Notes under the pieces: generated by a model | What the model saw: only the letters and a program-made list of their open reading frames with translations | Told to the model about the DNA's origin: nothing | Databases searched by the model: none | In this document: positions 12,920 through 26,371 of the stretch, piece after piece | Position numbering within the stretch: the stretch's first letter is position 1 | Layout: the number at the start of each line of letters is the position of its first letter | From: Octopus vulgaris | Lineage: Eukaryota | Direction: 5' to 3' | DNA length: 64,000 nucleotides | Assembly (NCBI GenBank): GCA_951406725.2 | Contig: OX597825.1 | Coordinates: 57,412,001-57,476,000, forward strand | Made by a program: the position numbers and the translations under genes

Positions 12920-14490
12920 TTAAGAAGTTTCAGGTGTGGAAGCAAGGTCAGGAGTCAAAGGGCTTTAGAGTTAACATAGCAAAAGCCAAAAGTAAGTAGG
13001 AAGGTGGACAAATCACAAATCCCTTCAGGTAGATGACCCTGCTTGATCTGTAGAAAAGGTGCAGGTAGAAACTCTATAAGATATACCTGGTGTAAGCTAT
13101 GGATACATAAGAGGTGCAGCATAAGAGGGTTAACAAAGAAGATAGCTTTTGTGTGTGGAAGGTGCACAGGTACAATAAACAACAAAAACGTACAGAAAAT
13201 AGATTCCATCTCATGCCTGGGGGGGGAAAACTAGAAGTAGTTGATAGCTTCCATTACCTAGGTGACCACGTCAGTAACAGGGGTGGATGCACTGAGAGCA
13301 TAGCTGCTAGAATAAGAATACGCTGGGAAAAGTACAGAGTACTACCTCTGTTGGTAACAAAGGGCTTGTTACTCAGAGCGAAAGGCAGACTGTATGATCC
13401 CTGTGTGTGAACAGCCATGTTATACGGCAGTGAAACATGGGCCATAACTGCTGAAGACATGTGCAGGCTTGTAAGAAATGAAGCTAGTATGTTCCACTGG
13501 ATGTATAATGTCAGTGTGCATGCACAACAGAGTGTAAGTGTCCTGAGAGAAAAGTTGGACATAAGAAGCATTAGATGTGGTGCGCAAGAGAGACAACTGT
13601 GCTGGTATGGTCATGTGATGTATATGGATAAGGACAGCTGTGTGAAGAAGTGTTGCACTCTAATGGTGGAGGGAACCTATGGAAGAGGTAGACCCAGGAA
13701 GACATGGGCTGAGGTGTGAAACATGATCTTCAAATGTTGAGCCTTACAAAGGCAATGATAAGCAACTGAGACCTTTGGAGATAATGCTGTGGTTGAGATG
13801 ACTCATCAAGCCAAGTGAGGGTGTAGTCATGGCCAATGCCAGTGTCATTTAACTGGCCTATTAAAAGCACCTTTCAATCTTTGGGTGATATGCTGTGTTT
13901 GTGAAGACCTGTTGAGCCGAGTGAAATCATAGTTGTGGTCAATGCCAGTGCTGCCTGACTGGCACCAATGCTGGTGGCATGTAAAGAGCACTGTTCATGC
14001 GTTGGGCCTCATGGAGACAGTGACATCAAGCCGAATGAGATTGTAGCTGTGGCTGATGCCAGTGTCGCATAACTGGCCTGTTAAAAGCACCCTTCAATCG
14101 TTGGGTGATATGCTGTGCTTGTGAAGACCTGTTGAACCAAGTGAAATCATAGTTGTGGGCAATGCCAGTGCCGTCTGACTAGAACCCATACCAGTGGTAT
14201 GTAAGAAGTACCATTCGAGTGTTGAACCATATGGAGACGGTGACAGGTGAGTGAGACTGTAGTCGTGACTGATGCTGGTGTCAGGTCAATGGCACCCATG
14301 CTAGTGGCACGTAAAAAGCACCCACTGCACTCTCGGAGTGGTTGGCGTTAGGAAAGGCATCCAGGCGTAGAAACCTTGCCAAATCAGATTGGAACCTGGT
14401 GCAGCCCACCAGGTTATCAGTTTTCAGTCAAACCATCCAACCCATGCCAGCATGGAAAGCTGACGTTAAACAATGATAATGAAGATGATA
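12920..14490 (+). mobile_element. RTE-clade LINE, 5'-truncated and decayed
   Basis: LEVVDSFHYLG, MLYGSETW, GRGRPRKTW; 3' UTR with internal repeats ending in a (GAT)n-like tail; homologous to 50623-52400. Confidence 0.9.
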
Positions 14491-15002
14491 CATACATATG
14501 TGTATATATGCGTGTTCCCCACCACCACTTGACAACCGGTATTGGTTTGTTTACTTCCTCGTAAACTAGCAGTTTTGGCGAAGAGTGATTGATAGACTAA
14601 ATACGGGTTAAAAAAAAACAAAAAAAACCAGGGGTCGATTTATTCAACAAAAAATTCTTCGAGATGGTGCTCCAGTATGGTCGCAATCAAATAACTGAAA
14701 CAAGCGAAATATAAAAGATAAATAATTCTCTTTGTTAAAACTTTGATTTGGCTTGCTTTTTGACCTATTCAATAAAATTATAAATTCCAATTGATTCTGC
14801 AAACAACTGGTTGTTTTTTCGCAAGAGTATTTGGTCACTAATTACAAAATAACATAGAAATGAAGAAATAATCTTATATTAATCAAATACATAACATAAC
14901 TGTATACTTAGGGTGAGTTTAAAATCACTTTTAAATATTTCTTTGTTGTCCCCCGAAAAAACAATCTTCAGAAATATCTGCCAGAGAGAGATAGCGAATA
15001 AT

Positions 15003-15093
15003 GGGACATAACTCAACAAAACATTTTCTCTAGATGAGTAGTCTCCCTTGTTTTAAATTTTAAACCCATTATGCGATATAAGGGAGGTAACTC
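15003..15093. promoter_or_regulatory. Candidate promoter: three copies of (AA)GGGAnnnAACTC-like motif
   Basis: gggacataactc 15003-15014, aagggagactactc (minus) 15036-15049, aagggaggtaactc 15080-15093, in unique DNA; flanking repeats appear to retain CpGs. Confidence 0.4.
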
Positions 15094-15177
15094 TAGCTAT
15101 TTTTTCTGAGTCCTCAAAGTAATTGTGCACGACGAAAACACAATATGTACTACAAACATTATTATTTGGTGAATTTA

Positions 15178-16080
15178 GGTGGCAAGCTGGCAGAAGCGTT
15201 AGCGTGTCGAACAAAATGCTGAGCAACATTTCTTTCGGATCATTGTATTCAGAAATCGAAAATAAGTTTGCTTTTCTTTCAGAATCGGTAAAAATACTGT
15301 ACCCGTTGAGAACTGAAGCTGATTACCTTGACTAACACTCTCTCGTTAAAATTGCTGGCTGAAACCAGTATATAATTTGGGAAACTGGTAGAATTGTTAG
15401 GGCGTTGGAAAAAATACCTTGTGTTATCAGTTCTGGCTCTTTACATTTCGAGTTCAAATCCTGCAGAGGTTAATTTTGCCTTTCATCCTTGGAAGTCAAT
15501 AGAATAAAGTACCAGTGAAGTGTAGGGCCAATGGTATTGAATAACCCCTCCCCTCAAATTGCTGACATTACTCCAAAATTTAAGACCATTATTTTTATGT
15601 ATTTAAAAAAAAAAATTTTTAGTGTTGGAGATGGCTCAATGAGTACACTGGTGAGTACAGTGATGAGTACAGTGACAGTTTAAATGTTTTGCTGTATTTA
15701 TTTCTCTTACTTTATATTCTGGGTTCAAATCCACCTGAGGTTGCTAAGAAAAAGACCAGTAATATACTGGAGTTAATCAAATCAATTATGTCTTTCTCTC
15801 AAGATATGCCTCCTTTTACCTATCTTAGAAACAAGTCTTATTATTAACCCTAACGAAAGCAGTGAGCTTGCAGAATCATTAGCACATCAGGCAAAATGCT
15901 TCATGGTATTTCATCTATCTTTATGATCTGAGTTCAAATTCCACTGAAGTTGGCTTTACTTTCCATCCTTTCGGGGTCTATAAAATAAGTACCAGTTGAA
16001 CAGTGGGGTTGGTGTAATTGATTTACCAGACTTACCCCTCCTCCAAAATTGCTGGCCTTGTGCTAAAATGTGAAGCCATT
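15178..16080 (+). mobile_element. Cluster of 3-4 decayed SINE family B copies
   Basis: Heads at about 15178, 15385 and 15858 plus a partial copy at about 15650-15830. Confidence 0.75.
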
Positions 16081-16201
16081 ATTAATCCAAGCACATCGCT
16101 GAGATTGGGTTTTCTAATTCACTTGCATCATTCCTGGCAAGTGAATTATGGTTGTTAATTCTGCTCCATCTCATAATATTTTTTTAACAGTGAGAAAGCA
16201 A

Positions 16202-17259
16202 TCTTTATATATATAAAACTGAGAATGTGTGTCTGTGTGTGTGTCTGTCTGTCTGTCTGTCTGTGTGTTACCCTAAAACTTGAGAAATTTTGAACTTTTT
16301 GCCTAGGGCGAGCCCACAGCAATATCATATCTTCTCCATTACGATTCCCTAAAACTTGAGAACTACACTACCAATTCCATTCAAATTTTACACATGCCTT
16401 ACTTAGGGTCCATGTAGTTTCATGGGCAAAAAAATGTTCAACTTCTTGCCTAGAGCGAGCCCATAGCAATATCATATCTTCTCCACTATTTCAGTATTAC
16501 ATGTTAAAAGTGAAACAAAATGTTTCTTTATTTTATGTCAGATACTTTCACTTTAACAATAAAAATAATAATAACAATTGAATTATATGTAGTAAGTAAT
16601 AATTAAAATCAAACTAAAGTATAATATAATCGTAACATAACAAAAGTAAAAATAGCAATTGGTATAAAATTGCATCAATGATTTCAACTTGAATAAGTGG
16701 TTTCACATGAATGGGAATAGATTAAAAATAAAATTAGCAATTGGTATAAAGATTTGAACACATGGAGGAAAGCACCTTCGAAAAGTGTCTTGGTGCGACT
16801 ATGAAAGGTATTTAATCAGAGGCGGTAAATTCGCCACAATAGAAGCAAGGTTCGAGTCAACGGAGTGTGCAAGGGAGTACTCGACTAGAACTTGCAAAGT
16901 GGAAATATTTTATTTTTACCTTTATATCTGGGACGTAGGACGTCCCGGAAAAAAATTAAAGATGTCCCCCCCCACCTCCCAGAAGTAGAGGTAGGCTGGA
17001 TTGTAGCCACACTTCTATACAAGTGGGAGGACAAGATACAATTGATCGTAATTACAAGAGACGGGCTAACAATTCCAGTCTGTTATATATTTTGAGTATT
17101 GTTATCACTAGCGATATCAAGATATAACTTTGTATTTTGTATTTTATGTGTAGATGTATATATATAGATGTACATGTAATATGTATACATATATATATAT
17201 ATACACGTATATACATGCACTAGCACTATGACCCAGCAACGACGGGTCTTTAATGCTAG
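16202..17259 (+). mobile_element. Non-autonomous Helitron
   Basis: 5' A|TC start, subterminal hairpin gacccagcaacgacgggtc (17230-17248), 3' CTAG|T end, no TSD. Confidence 0.85.
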
Positions 17260-18049
17260 TTTTATATATGACTGAGTCAGTAGTGGAAGAGCAACAATTA
17301 CAACCCTTTTTTAGGATCCACTGAGAACAGAGAGAAAGTTTTCCCCTGACAGGAGATCTTTTAGGGTGTTGGTTATTCATATATTCTTCTGAGGCAATTC
17401 ACAATATAAGCTAGATTCTGTGTATAGACAATGACCACACAAAAGTACAATTCAGTTTTCAAATATTTTATTAAACTGTATTGTTAAATTTGCAAATGTA
17501 TATTCAATAAGTTAATAGAACCATGTTCAACAAATAGAACATTTAGGAACTTTTTGTATATAACTAGTTGGATAATATTATGAAAGTATTGCTAAGAATT
17601 TAAATCATTGCATATAATTGATGTGTGTTACTCAACACTACAGTTTAAGATTAGTGACTTTTGTTGAGTATGGTATAAATATATTATATAAGAAAAGTGG
17701 AAGAAGGGAAGAGAGACTCCCCTGCCACAACAAGTAATATAAATTCCCATAGGTAGCTCAGTGCCTCTCTGGCTTGAGTTGAATTTTCCAGCTTTTATAA
17801 CTGTAAGGCAGCTTCTAGAATCTTTGACCACACTGTTTCATGGGAAAACTTGCACATCTCCTTTGAAGTCTGCTACATTGGCCATAAGTTAGCCACTGCT
17901 GATTAGTTGAACCATATTCACATAAGCATTAAATAACATTCATGGCAATACGTTAGTTTATGGTTCTAAGACTGGGAAAATTTAAGAGCTATAGTGCAAA
18001 TCTTAGCTAGGCTCTTACTACAACCTAACCTGAATGTTTGAAACAGATT

Positions 18050-18482
18050 TGTAGTGATGCCATTTTGGAAGTCTTCAGCATGCATGAGCAGAGTTGGATT
18101 CTTCTGACAGGCCTGCCAGAAGTTCCCTCATGTGCATGCGCAGAAAACTAGTAGCTGCAAAATTTCCCTTGTATCGATCTCTCTCGAATGCTGACAGCCG
18201 AACAGGATGGTCATGTTTTTAACAGCTCTCTCAAACTGCCACCTCATGGCGTTGCTACACTATGCTTGAATGGACAGAATTTGGTTCACTCTACTTGACC
18301 ACTGTGATGAGCTCTTAGGCTACCAATTCGCCCTGAAGAAGAATATATATATATTGCGAATCCAGAAATAAAATATTTATTGAAGATATTCAGAAGTCTT
18401 GGCTTTTCCTTCGATTAATAATTTAATGTAAGGGATGAGAGCTGCACCCTTCCAGTGTTACAGACCTTTCATCCATGTTACA
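18050..18482 (+). mobile_element. Solo LTR (Gypsy-like), 4-bp TSD GATT
   Basis: TGTAGT...GTTACA termini; GATT at 18046-18049 and 18483-18486; internal AATAAA. Confidence 0.9.
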
Positions 18483-18874
18483 GATTGGACTCTGCTAAAA
18501 ATAACCAAAGAGCCATGGGTGATGTTTTAAACTGGACAATTGACTAAGTTTACTTAAACAAAAATCAAGGTGGGGTAAAGTGGTTTTGTTTTAATGCCAG
18601 AACATGAAGACATTGCAAGTGAAGGGTTTCAACCACCTCAGTCAACCATCAAATAAAACAAACAAACATGTTATTTGAAATATACTCTGTATACTCCTCC
18701 CCCTCCATTACCTCCCTCCACTGAATAGAAGTAATGAAGGCATCCCACTTTTAGAAATTTCAGATATTTTGGAACTGATAAATTCTTTGATATTTCCAAT
18801 TGTAACTTTTAGGTTTCCTCAATGGAAGTAATGTTATATATATATATTACTCCCATTGAAGAAAGAGGTTGACT

Positions 18875-19320
18875 GTAAGTGACTCTGGTGAACATCAGGA
18901 GTACAACATACACAACCAAGGTGTATCTGGTGTAACTTCCACGATGTTAAAGTTATATAAGTTACTCTGGTAAGTACCAGGAGTTCTGTAAATGTTGTGA
19001 AGTTACATATAATAAAACACTCACATTATATTCTGGTGAGTGTAAGGAGTACTGTAAATGTTGGTTTAAAGAATTTGGCACAAGGCCAGCAAGTTTGAGA
19101 GAAGGAATAGGTCAATTGCATAAACCTCAGTAATCAACTGGTACTTATTTTATCAACCCTGAAAGGATGAAAGGCAAAGTTGACCATGGCGGAATTTGAA
19201 CCCAGATTGTAAGGACGGATGAAGTGTCGCTAAGCATTTTGCCCAGTCGGCTATCAGTTCTACTAGCTCACCACCTTGAGTACTGTACATATTGTAAAGT
19301 TGTATATAACATAACTCCTA
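18875..19320. repeat. Degenerate ~70-80-bp tandem repeat interrupted by a SINE B (19065-19277, minus)
   Basis: Recurring tctggtga/a...aggagtactgtaaatgttg units. Confidence 0.6.
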
Positions 19321-19467
19321 AAGTGTTAAAACAGTAATATCGACAAACACCAGGTTTTCCTTTCCATACCTTACAAAGGTATTAGCCCTGAACAACAATT
19401 GACCCCTGACACTTCTGTTTACAGATTTATTGGGGCTATATTTATTACACACTCATGCTGTCTAGAC

Positions 19468-20011
19468 CAGAGCTTCTTAAGGTGGGTGGTGCCACTCATT
19501 TGGGATGTTGTGTACTCACAAAGAGGAAGCAAATGTCAAGAGGGTACTATGGGGGCACTGTGTTTAGAGGGCTGTGATACATCTTAGAAATAAAATTTTA
19601 AAACCAGATACAATATTTGTTGTATTTTAATCATTAAAATAAAAAAAAAAAACTAGAAAACATTGTTGGGTTTAAAATATGAAAAGAATATTGTGTTCTT
19701 AGTGAACAGAATATATTATTGGTGATGCATCAAGGTCCGAAACTATTTCTTTATATAAGTTCTTATGTTCTTTAGTAATTTCCATAAAAAAATCTAACAT
19801 AGTGGGGCACTAGTCCAAGCAAATATCTAAATAGAGACACATACTGGATGGGATAGCTTAAGAAAACATGGATAGTAAACCACTGTGCCAAATTAGCTTA
19901 TGTTTGATTAAAATAATCTGTTATTTTTATTGTAAAATATGAGGGGTGGGTCTTTGTAAAATGTCATTCTGTGAAAAGAGTCATTGAACTATAAATTGTT
20001 GAGAACCAATA
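19468..20011. mobile_element. hAT-type MITE, 8-bp TSD GTCTAGAC
   Basis: GTCTAGAC at 19460-19467 and 20012-20019; degenerate cagagcttctta / tgagaaccaata TIRs. Confidence 0.75.
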
Positions 20012-21184
20012 GTCTAGACCATATCCTTCTAACAGAATATACTCCAGATTAGAATAATTGCCAACCCTCTACTTGCAACAAGTGAAGCTAACATTAGAAT
20101 TCTGCTCAAATATTTGAGATTGTGTCTCACTCCTACACATACAAACATTCTAGACAACATCTCACTTATCCCCACCAAAACACATAATTTTGACAATTCT
20201 CTCATAGCCACTTATAACAACATTATATAAAAAAAAATTGCATTTTAAGAAGAACCTTTTGTTCCCCGCCCAAAGGAAAAATAAAGTATGAAAATGATAT
20301 GTTTTGGTTGAACTAAAGTGAAAGTTTTGAGTGTTGTGTCGTGTGATAAAGAGTTTATCCAAATATTGCCTGTTTTCATGTGTGAACCTTTACTGTTAAT
20401 AGTCTCAGTCAAGTGATAGGTTGCATGTTTGTACCCAGATACATGTAAACAGCCAAAATGCCATGCATAATTATTAATATATCAATAACATAATCTCATT
20501 ATGCAATTATTCACACTATATAATATTCATAACAATGATTCCGTATATTGTGAAAACACTGATTCCTGAATCTAAAGGTTTCTTCCAATTAGGTTTGATC
20601 TTATTCCACATCACCATAAAAGATGCTTCTCAAACCATGAGAGGTACCATTGCAAAGATAGTACCATCGTCACTTATGCCATCATCTTCACTTATTTCAA
20701 GTGTTTCAAGTCTAGGCCTGGTTTAGTCTGCATGAGCCAAAATTCTAATCTCATTTCTTGTAATAATAGCAATGTCATTTTCAAAAAGCATCATGAAATC
20801 CCTCTTTTTGACACCACATCTGCTGTTCTGAGGAATAGGTCACAGTCAAGAGTGCACTGAGCTGATGCCCCACAGAAGTAGAAGAACTTTCTCGTCTGTC
20901 AGCATGATAACTGAATAACAGTGGAGATGAAAATGGCTGAAAGTTTTCTTTATGGAACCATGATCTCACATGTCTATGAAGATGTACGTAATGGTATATG
21001 TTGCTTCTTGCTTTTAAAGTAACATACATAATATTACACAAGTTCTTAGAAGTGTACCCTGTGTTAATACTAGATTACTCCTACATGAAAGTGTATATAT
21101 AAGTATATGTATATATATTATGTGTATGTACATTCATGGATGTATATATATATATATGCATATCTATCTGTATATGTGTATGTA

Positions 21185-21243
<59 letters not shown>

Positions 21244-21443
21244 TCCTTTTTCTTTTTTTAAATCTGTTTCAGTCATCTAACAGCAGCCATGCTGGAGCAC
21301 CACCTTTAGTTGAACATTTCGACTCAAGGACTTATTCTTTGTAAGTCTAGTACTTATTCTATCAGTCTCTTTTGCCGAACTGCTATGTTATGGGACATAA
21401 ACACACCTACATCAGTTGCCAAGAAATATATATATATATATAT

Positions 21444-22100
21444 AGACGTTTGAAGTGGGGGTACATTTAGTAAGGATGAGTGATGAGCGACTGCCCAAAC
21501 AGCTATTGTATGGTGAGCTGGAAGATGGCAGGAGACTAGCGCATAAGCCTAAACTAAGGTTTAAGGATTACCTTAAAATGCTCTAATACAGACAGAAATT
21601 GCAGCTGGTAATTGGGAGAAGGAGGCACAAGACCATGATGGATGGAGGAAGATAGTGCATGCTGGGTTGTTCAAGGTTTGAGAGAGAGAGAGTGAAGTAT
21701 GAGAGAATTGGGAGGGGCTTAGGAGGGGGAACCTGTGGAAAATGAGAGAGTGTTGCCTTTTCTGTGTGTGGTTTGTGGGCAGAGGTGTTTGAGTCATGCA
21801 GGCCTGGTGAGCCATCAAAATTCTCATAGAAATTGACCCATGATATACAATAATGTGGCTATTAAAATTCATAACAGAACGTGTGTAGAATGTGGAAGGG
21901 TGTGCCTCTCAGTTGGAGGTCTAAAAAGACATGTTAAGAGAGTGCATATGGTGGCACCTGTTTCTCCTGCCAGTCAGCACAGTTGCCTAGTATGTAATAA
22001 AATGTGTAAAAGCTTGGCCAAGCTTAAAAGTCATATAAAGGCATCACATGGCAACAATTATGAATCATTTCAGCAAGTCTTCTTCGCAATGGCTTTTCCC
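21444..22100 (+). mobile_element. RTE-clade LINE 3' fragment with three C-terminal C2H2 zinc fingers
   Basis: RMSDERLPKQLLYGEL followed (with frameshifts) by CVVC..HQNSH, CVEC..HVKRVH and CLVC..HIKASH. Confidence 0.75.
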
Positions 22101-22390
22101 ATATGTACACATATGTACACATATATATACACATATATACATGCACTAGTAAATATATGTATATGTATATGTGTATATATATATATATGTATATATGTGT
22201 ATATATATGTATATATATATACATGTATATATATGTATGTATATGTGTGTATATATATATATATGTGTGTGTGTGCGTGTGTGTGTTTGTGTTTGTATAT
22301 ATATAGAGAGAAGATAAGAAATGGTGAAATAATTAACAATGAGAAGTGGATCATTGGTGTTTAAAACTCATTATTTAATTGAATTTGGTA

Positions 22391-22469
22391 CATTTACACC
22401 TGTTTCTGTTTATCAAATTGGAGTAAATTTACATTTACCTTGTTACATTTAATAAACAACTTCAGAACG
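22391..22469 (-). ncRNA. Type I hammerhead-like ribozyme motif (one core substitution)
   Basis: Minus: cgtt-CTGAAGT-tgtttattaaat...atttgataaaca-GAAAC-aggt-GTA-aatg; stems I and II pair. Confidence 0.6.
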
Positions 22470-22959
22470 ATCAGAGGGAAAAGAAAGTCAAAGAAAGAAA
22501 AAGAAAAAAAGAAAAAGAAAATTGTTCATTAAAGCTAAAGGCTTACATTTTAGTGACTAGTATATTTCCACGTGTTAGTAGATTCCTTCATTGGATGCAT
22601 GTGGTAGTAAGTGGGACAGTGGCTATTTGACCAGCGGTATTGGTTGAAGGAGTTATACCTTGTGGGGATATCCGGTGTTGTTAATAGTAATAAGTATTGC
22701 TGATTTGTCGCTTCTAAGTTAGTCCCTGTAATTTCAAAGGAAGCCCTTGTCTAAAACTAAGGATGCTATTTAAAATTTGTACAATATAGTGTATACATAT
22801 GAGCTATGTAAAGGAATAGTAAAAAGGGTTGAAGAGTACATAAATGCCATTAAAATCAATAGAAAACTATAACATGTAATGCGAGTTGGTAGTCTAGCTA
22901 TCAAGTGGATTTAATATATAGGATTAATGCCTTAGTGTATTGGCTTTTGACTTGACTTG

Positions 22960-23320
22960 AGACAGCATTCATCCGGGGTGGGTTGAGCTGGCTTCATTCA
23001 TCTTCAATGCTGCATCTCTCACAAACGCCAACCAGGCCTGGCGATTTGAGGCTAATGACCGCGTAACCTCCAACCACTCCTTATTCCAGTGGTGAACGCA
23101 GTAGACATGGGGTCCTAGGTTGGGTTCCAGATCAGCCTTGACTGTCATCATCCAGGTTTTTCATTGTCCACCACATCGTTTTCGCCAACCCTGAAGGGGA
23201 GCTGGGGCAATTGCTTCGTAGATGAATTCTCCTAGTTGATGATAGAGGGCATGACCCAGCCAACATAGACGTCTCGTTAGGATGACTTGTCAGAGGGAGG
23301 TGATTTTGCACTGGTGTATT
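22960..23320 (-). mobile_element. LINE (RTE-like) C-terminal fragment
   Basis: Minus strand RRLCWLGHAL...GWRKRCGGQ*KTW...ASNRQAW. Confidence 0.7.
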
Positions 23321-23469
23321 ACGTAGATTATAATATATAGTTCGGTTAATTGGGGTATTTGGTTTAAAATGTGATGTGAAGTTAAGTTATCTGGTAAGTG
23401 GGGTGGTTAAGGGAGGTAATAAGATGTTAAGCATGTCCGCTAATAACCTGTAATGTAGGGATTAGCGAT

Positions 23470-24350
23470 ATTTAAAGAATAAATAGGATTTAGCAATGTT
23501 TCGAGAATAAAAATTTATCGTTATGCAAACAAATTATATTTTTCTCATCTCATTTATTAAGTAATTCTGATTTGGCCATTAAGATGAAGAATTTTTTGTT
23601 TATATATAAATTACAACGATTATTACTAATGTTATATGAAGAAGTTTTGGCTAGGATACACCATTCTAATTTATAATTAATGTTATTGACTTTAAGTTCC
23701 CAAATGTAACTACTTAGTCCAGTAGAGTTCGCATTACTTCTATTTCTGAAACTAGCATGATGGGAATTATATCTAAGTTATATTTCATTTTCTGTTGCTC
23801 CAATATAATTTTTCCTTGTAATTATTTGTGAGTACATCACATTGGTAGATTATGTTTTTAGTTTTACATTTATTTGAGAATTCATAAGTATTTTTATCTC
23901 TGCAGCCACATAGATTATTAAGCTTGTCTGTACCTATGATATGTTGAGTGGGATTATTATTTATAAAGTAGTTGTCCACATTATTTGAGGGCGAGCTATT
24001 AGGAAAGTCATTTATTATATCAGTCGATTGGTTGTTGTGCTTTATATTGCTAGTCTTCCTAGTTTCATACAAGGCGTCTAACTTTTTATTGTTGATGAAG
24101 GTTATAATAGTAGCTAGGTTGCTAGTTAAGCTATGGCCTACTCTAATTTTATTGTTAAAGATTTCTGAGTATTTGGTATTCATATTAAAGTGCTTATTTA
24201 TAAGTCTCATTATAGATTTAACTATGTTGGTTTTTAGCTGCATCACGAAGGGGATTATTAACCAGATAATATCCTTATTCTCTTTGTTATTTGTAATATT
24301 ATTTTTGGTGTAGAAACTGTCCTCACTATTATTGTAAATCATAAAGTCAT
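23470..24350 (-). mobile_element. Penelope-like element, GIY-YIG endonuclease region, decayed
   Basis: IIWLIIPF..KTNI..KHF, CGCRDK..CKTKNIIYQC, then frameshifted HHASFR..STGLSSYIWELK. Confidence 0.8.
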
Positions 24351-24643
24351 GGTTATAATTATTATTCTTCTTTCTATAGTTATTTTTATTATTATTACTA
24401 TTAGTTTTATTGGGGTTGTTTCTATATGATTTATTTTATATATCTTGGTAGTATTATATCTAACAGGGGCTCTATTGGTTCTTTGACGTGTGTTATTTTT
24501 ATTTATATTTTTATTATTATTGATATTAGTATTCTTAGTATTGTTATTCTACCCATTATTAGAATTTCTATCATTATCATTTTTAATGTTGTTATATACA
24601 TACATATATGTTAGCTAATTTCTGTTATCAGAAATATATATAT

Positions 24644-24784
24644 AGGCACAGGTGTGGCTGTGTGGTAAGAAACTTGCTTCTCAACTGCATGGTTCCAGGT
24701 TCAGTCCCACTGTGTGGCACCTAGGGTAAGTGTCTTCTACTGTAACATCAGGATTTGGTGGGTAGAAATTGAAAGAAGCCCGTC

Positions 24785-24815
<31 letters not shown>

Positions 24816-25180
24816 TGTATGTATGTATGTATGTATGTATGTATGTATGTATGTATATAAGCTAGTTTCTGGTTATCTGGGTGACCTAAAACAAGTATTG
24901 CATCGCAATCAGGTTGCATTTGCAACCTTTATCTCAATTTGTATATATATATATATGTGTGTATGTGTGTGTGTGTCTGTGTTTGTTCTCCACCACCACT
25001 TGAAAACTTTGGTCTGTTTATATCCCTGTAACTTAGCAGTTCAGCAAAAGAGACTGACAGAATAAGCACCAGGCTTTAAAGAAAAAAGGTACTGGGGTTA
25101 ATTTGTTTGATTAAAACCCTCCAAGGCGATGTCTCAGCATGGCTGCAGTCTAATGACTGAAAACAGGTAAAAGATATAGA
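24644..25180 (+). mobile_element. SINE family A
   Basis: A/B box head and conserved tail. Confidence 0.85.
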
Positions 25181-25684
25181 AATATAAGAAATATCAGACT
25201 CCAAAGAGGATGGTGTTGCACTGCAGTGGCTAGACTTACATAATTTAGTAAAATTGATAAAAAGCATACAGGGAACTTGTTATGAAGACTGGAAACTCCA
25301 GTGTTTCGCACAAAGTCCTTTTCAGGGAAAATGTGAAAGGAGAGAAAATAATGAGATACAGCAGAGATCCTCAAAGTGGGAAAAAAAAACAAAAAAACTG
25401 ACTGCAACTGATAAGAAGTGCAGAGCATGTAAGCTTCACTTCACTCTCTACCATGCCTGCTTCTTCTCTTTCCATTTCTCTTTCCTTCTACCTTCTCACA
25501 CAGTTTCTCTTACCACTTCTTGTTCACATTAGCAGTTCACATGGCCCTGCGTTCCTTATCAGTTGTAGTCATCTATCAACTGTCTTTTGAACAAAATTGT
25601 CAGTTAATGCTTTTTTTTCTTCCACCTTCTTTTCTTTCACTCTGCTGCTTTCACTTTTCTTTCCCACCTATTTTATATTTTCAG

Positions 25685-25734
25685 AATTGGTGGTTGAACT
25701 AGCAGCCTAGTCAGTTCATTTCTCCAGGGATGAT
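25685..25734 (+). other. Possible non-coding (5' UTR) exon
   Basis: Long polypyrimidine tract ending ttttcAG, donor GTGAGT; stops in all three frames. Confidence 0.3.
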
Positions 25735-26143
25735 GTGAGTTCTGACTTACTTAACCAAGAAAGTGATAAAAAAGTAAGTGTTTTGGTCACACATGCAAAC
25801 ACACCCACATATCCATATGCCCCCCCCCCCCACCCACCCACACACAGAGTCACTCATGAATATGTTTATTGATGAACAACCATCATTATAAGAAGGTTTC
25901 TGAATTTTGGTCAGGTGGTAAGTTTCAGTAGTTCTTGGCTGTATTCCATAAGAAATAGCTACTCTTTTTAAAACTGAATATCATTTCCTGCTTTTGTATC
26001 AAGTTCACACATGCAGCAAATGACATAATATCCCAACTGCACCCATTCCAATATTCTTGGTCTCTGAAGTAATATGATACATTTCCTCAATGAGTTTCAC
26101 TTGCACCAGGTCCTCTTCAATACTTTTATCGCTTTAACCAAAC

Positions 26144-26371
26144 TTAACCCTTTCATTACCAACCCGGCTGGAACCAGCTCTGGCTCTGAGTACAAATGTC
26201 TTGTTTTCATAAGTTTTGAATTAAAATCTTCCACCAAACCTTAGTCACAATTTCTGTTCCTAACACTGGCTGAATGATAAGTAAGTTATTTTACTAAATT
26301 CTTTGTTATATTTAAAGTAATTGAAAGAAACACAGATCATCTCAAAATAAATACAGTAACGAAAGGTTTAA
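26144..26371. mobile_element. piggyBac-like MITE (TTAA|CCCTTT termini)
   Basis: Reverse complement of 34752-34979; related copies at 32439-32665, about 35125-35360, 41045 and 61745. Confidence 0.75.

Noticed and set aside
21840-22364. Stand-alone C2H2 zinc-finger gene
   Set aside because: Contiguous with a frameshifted RTE ORF and runs into a microsatellite.
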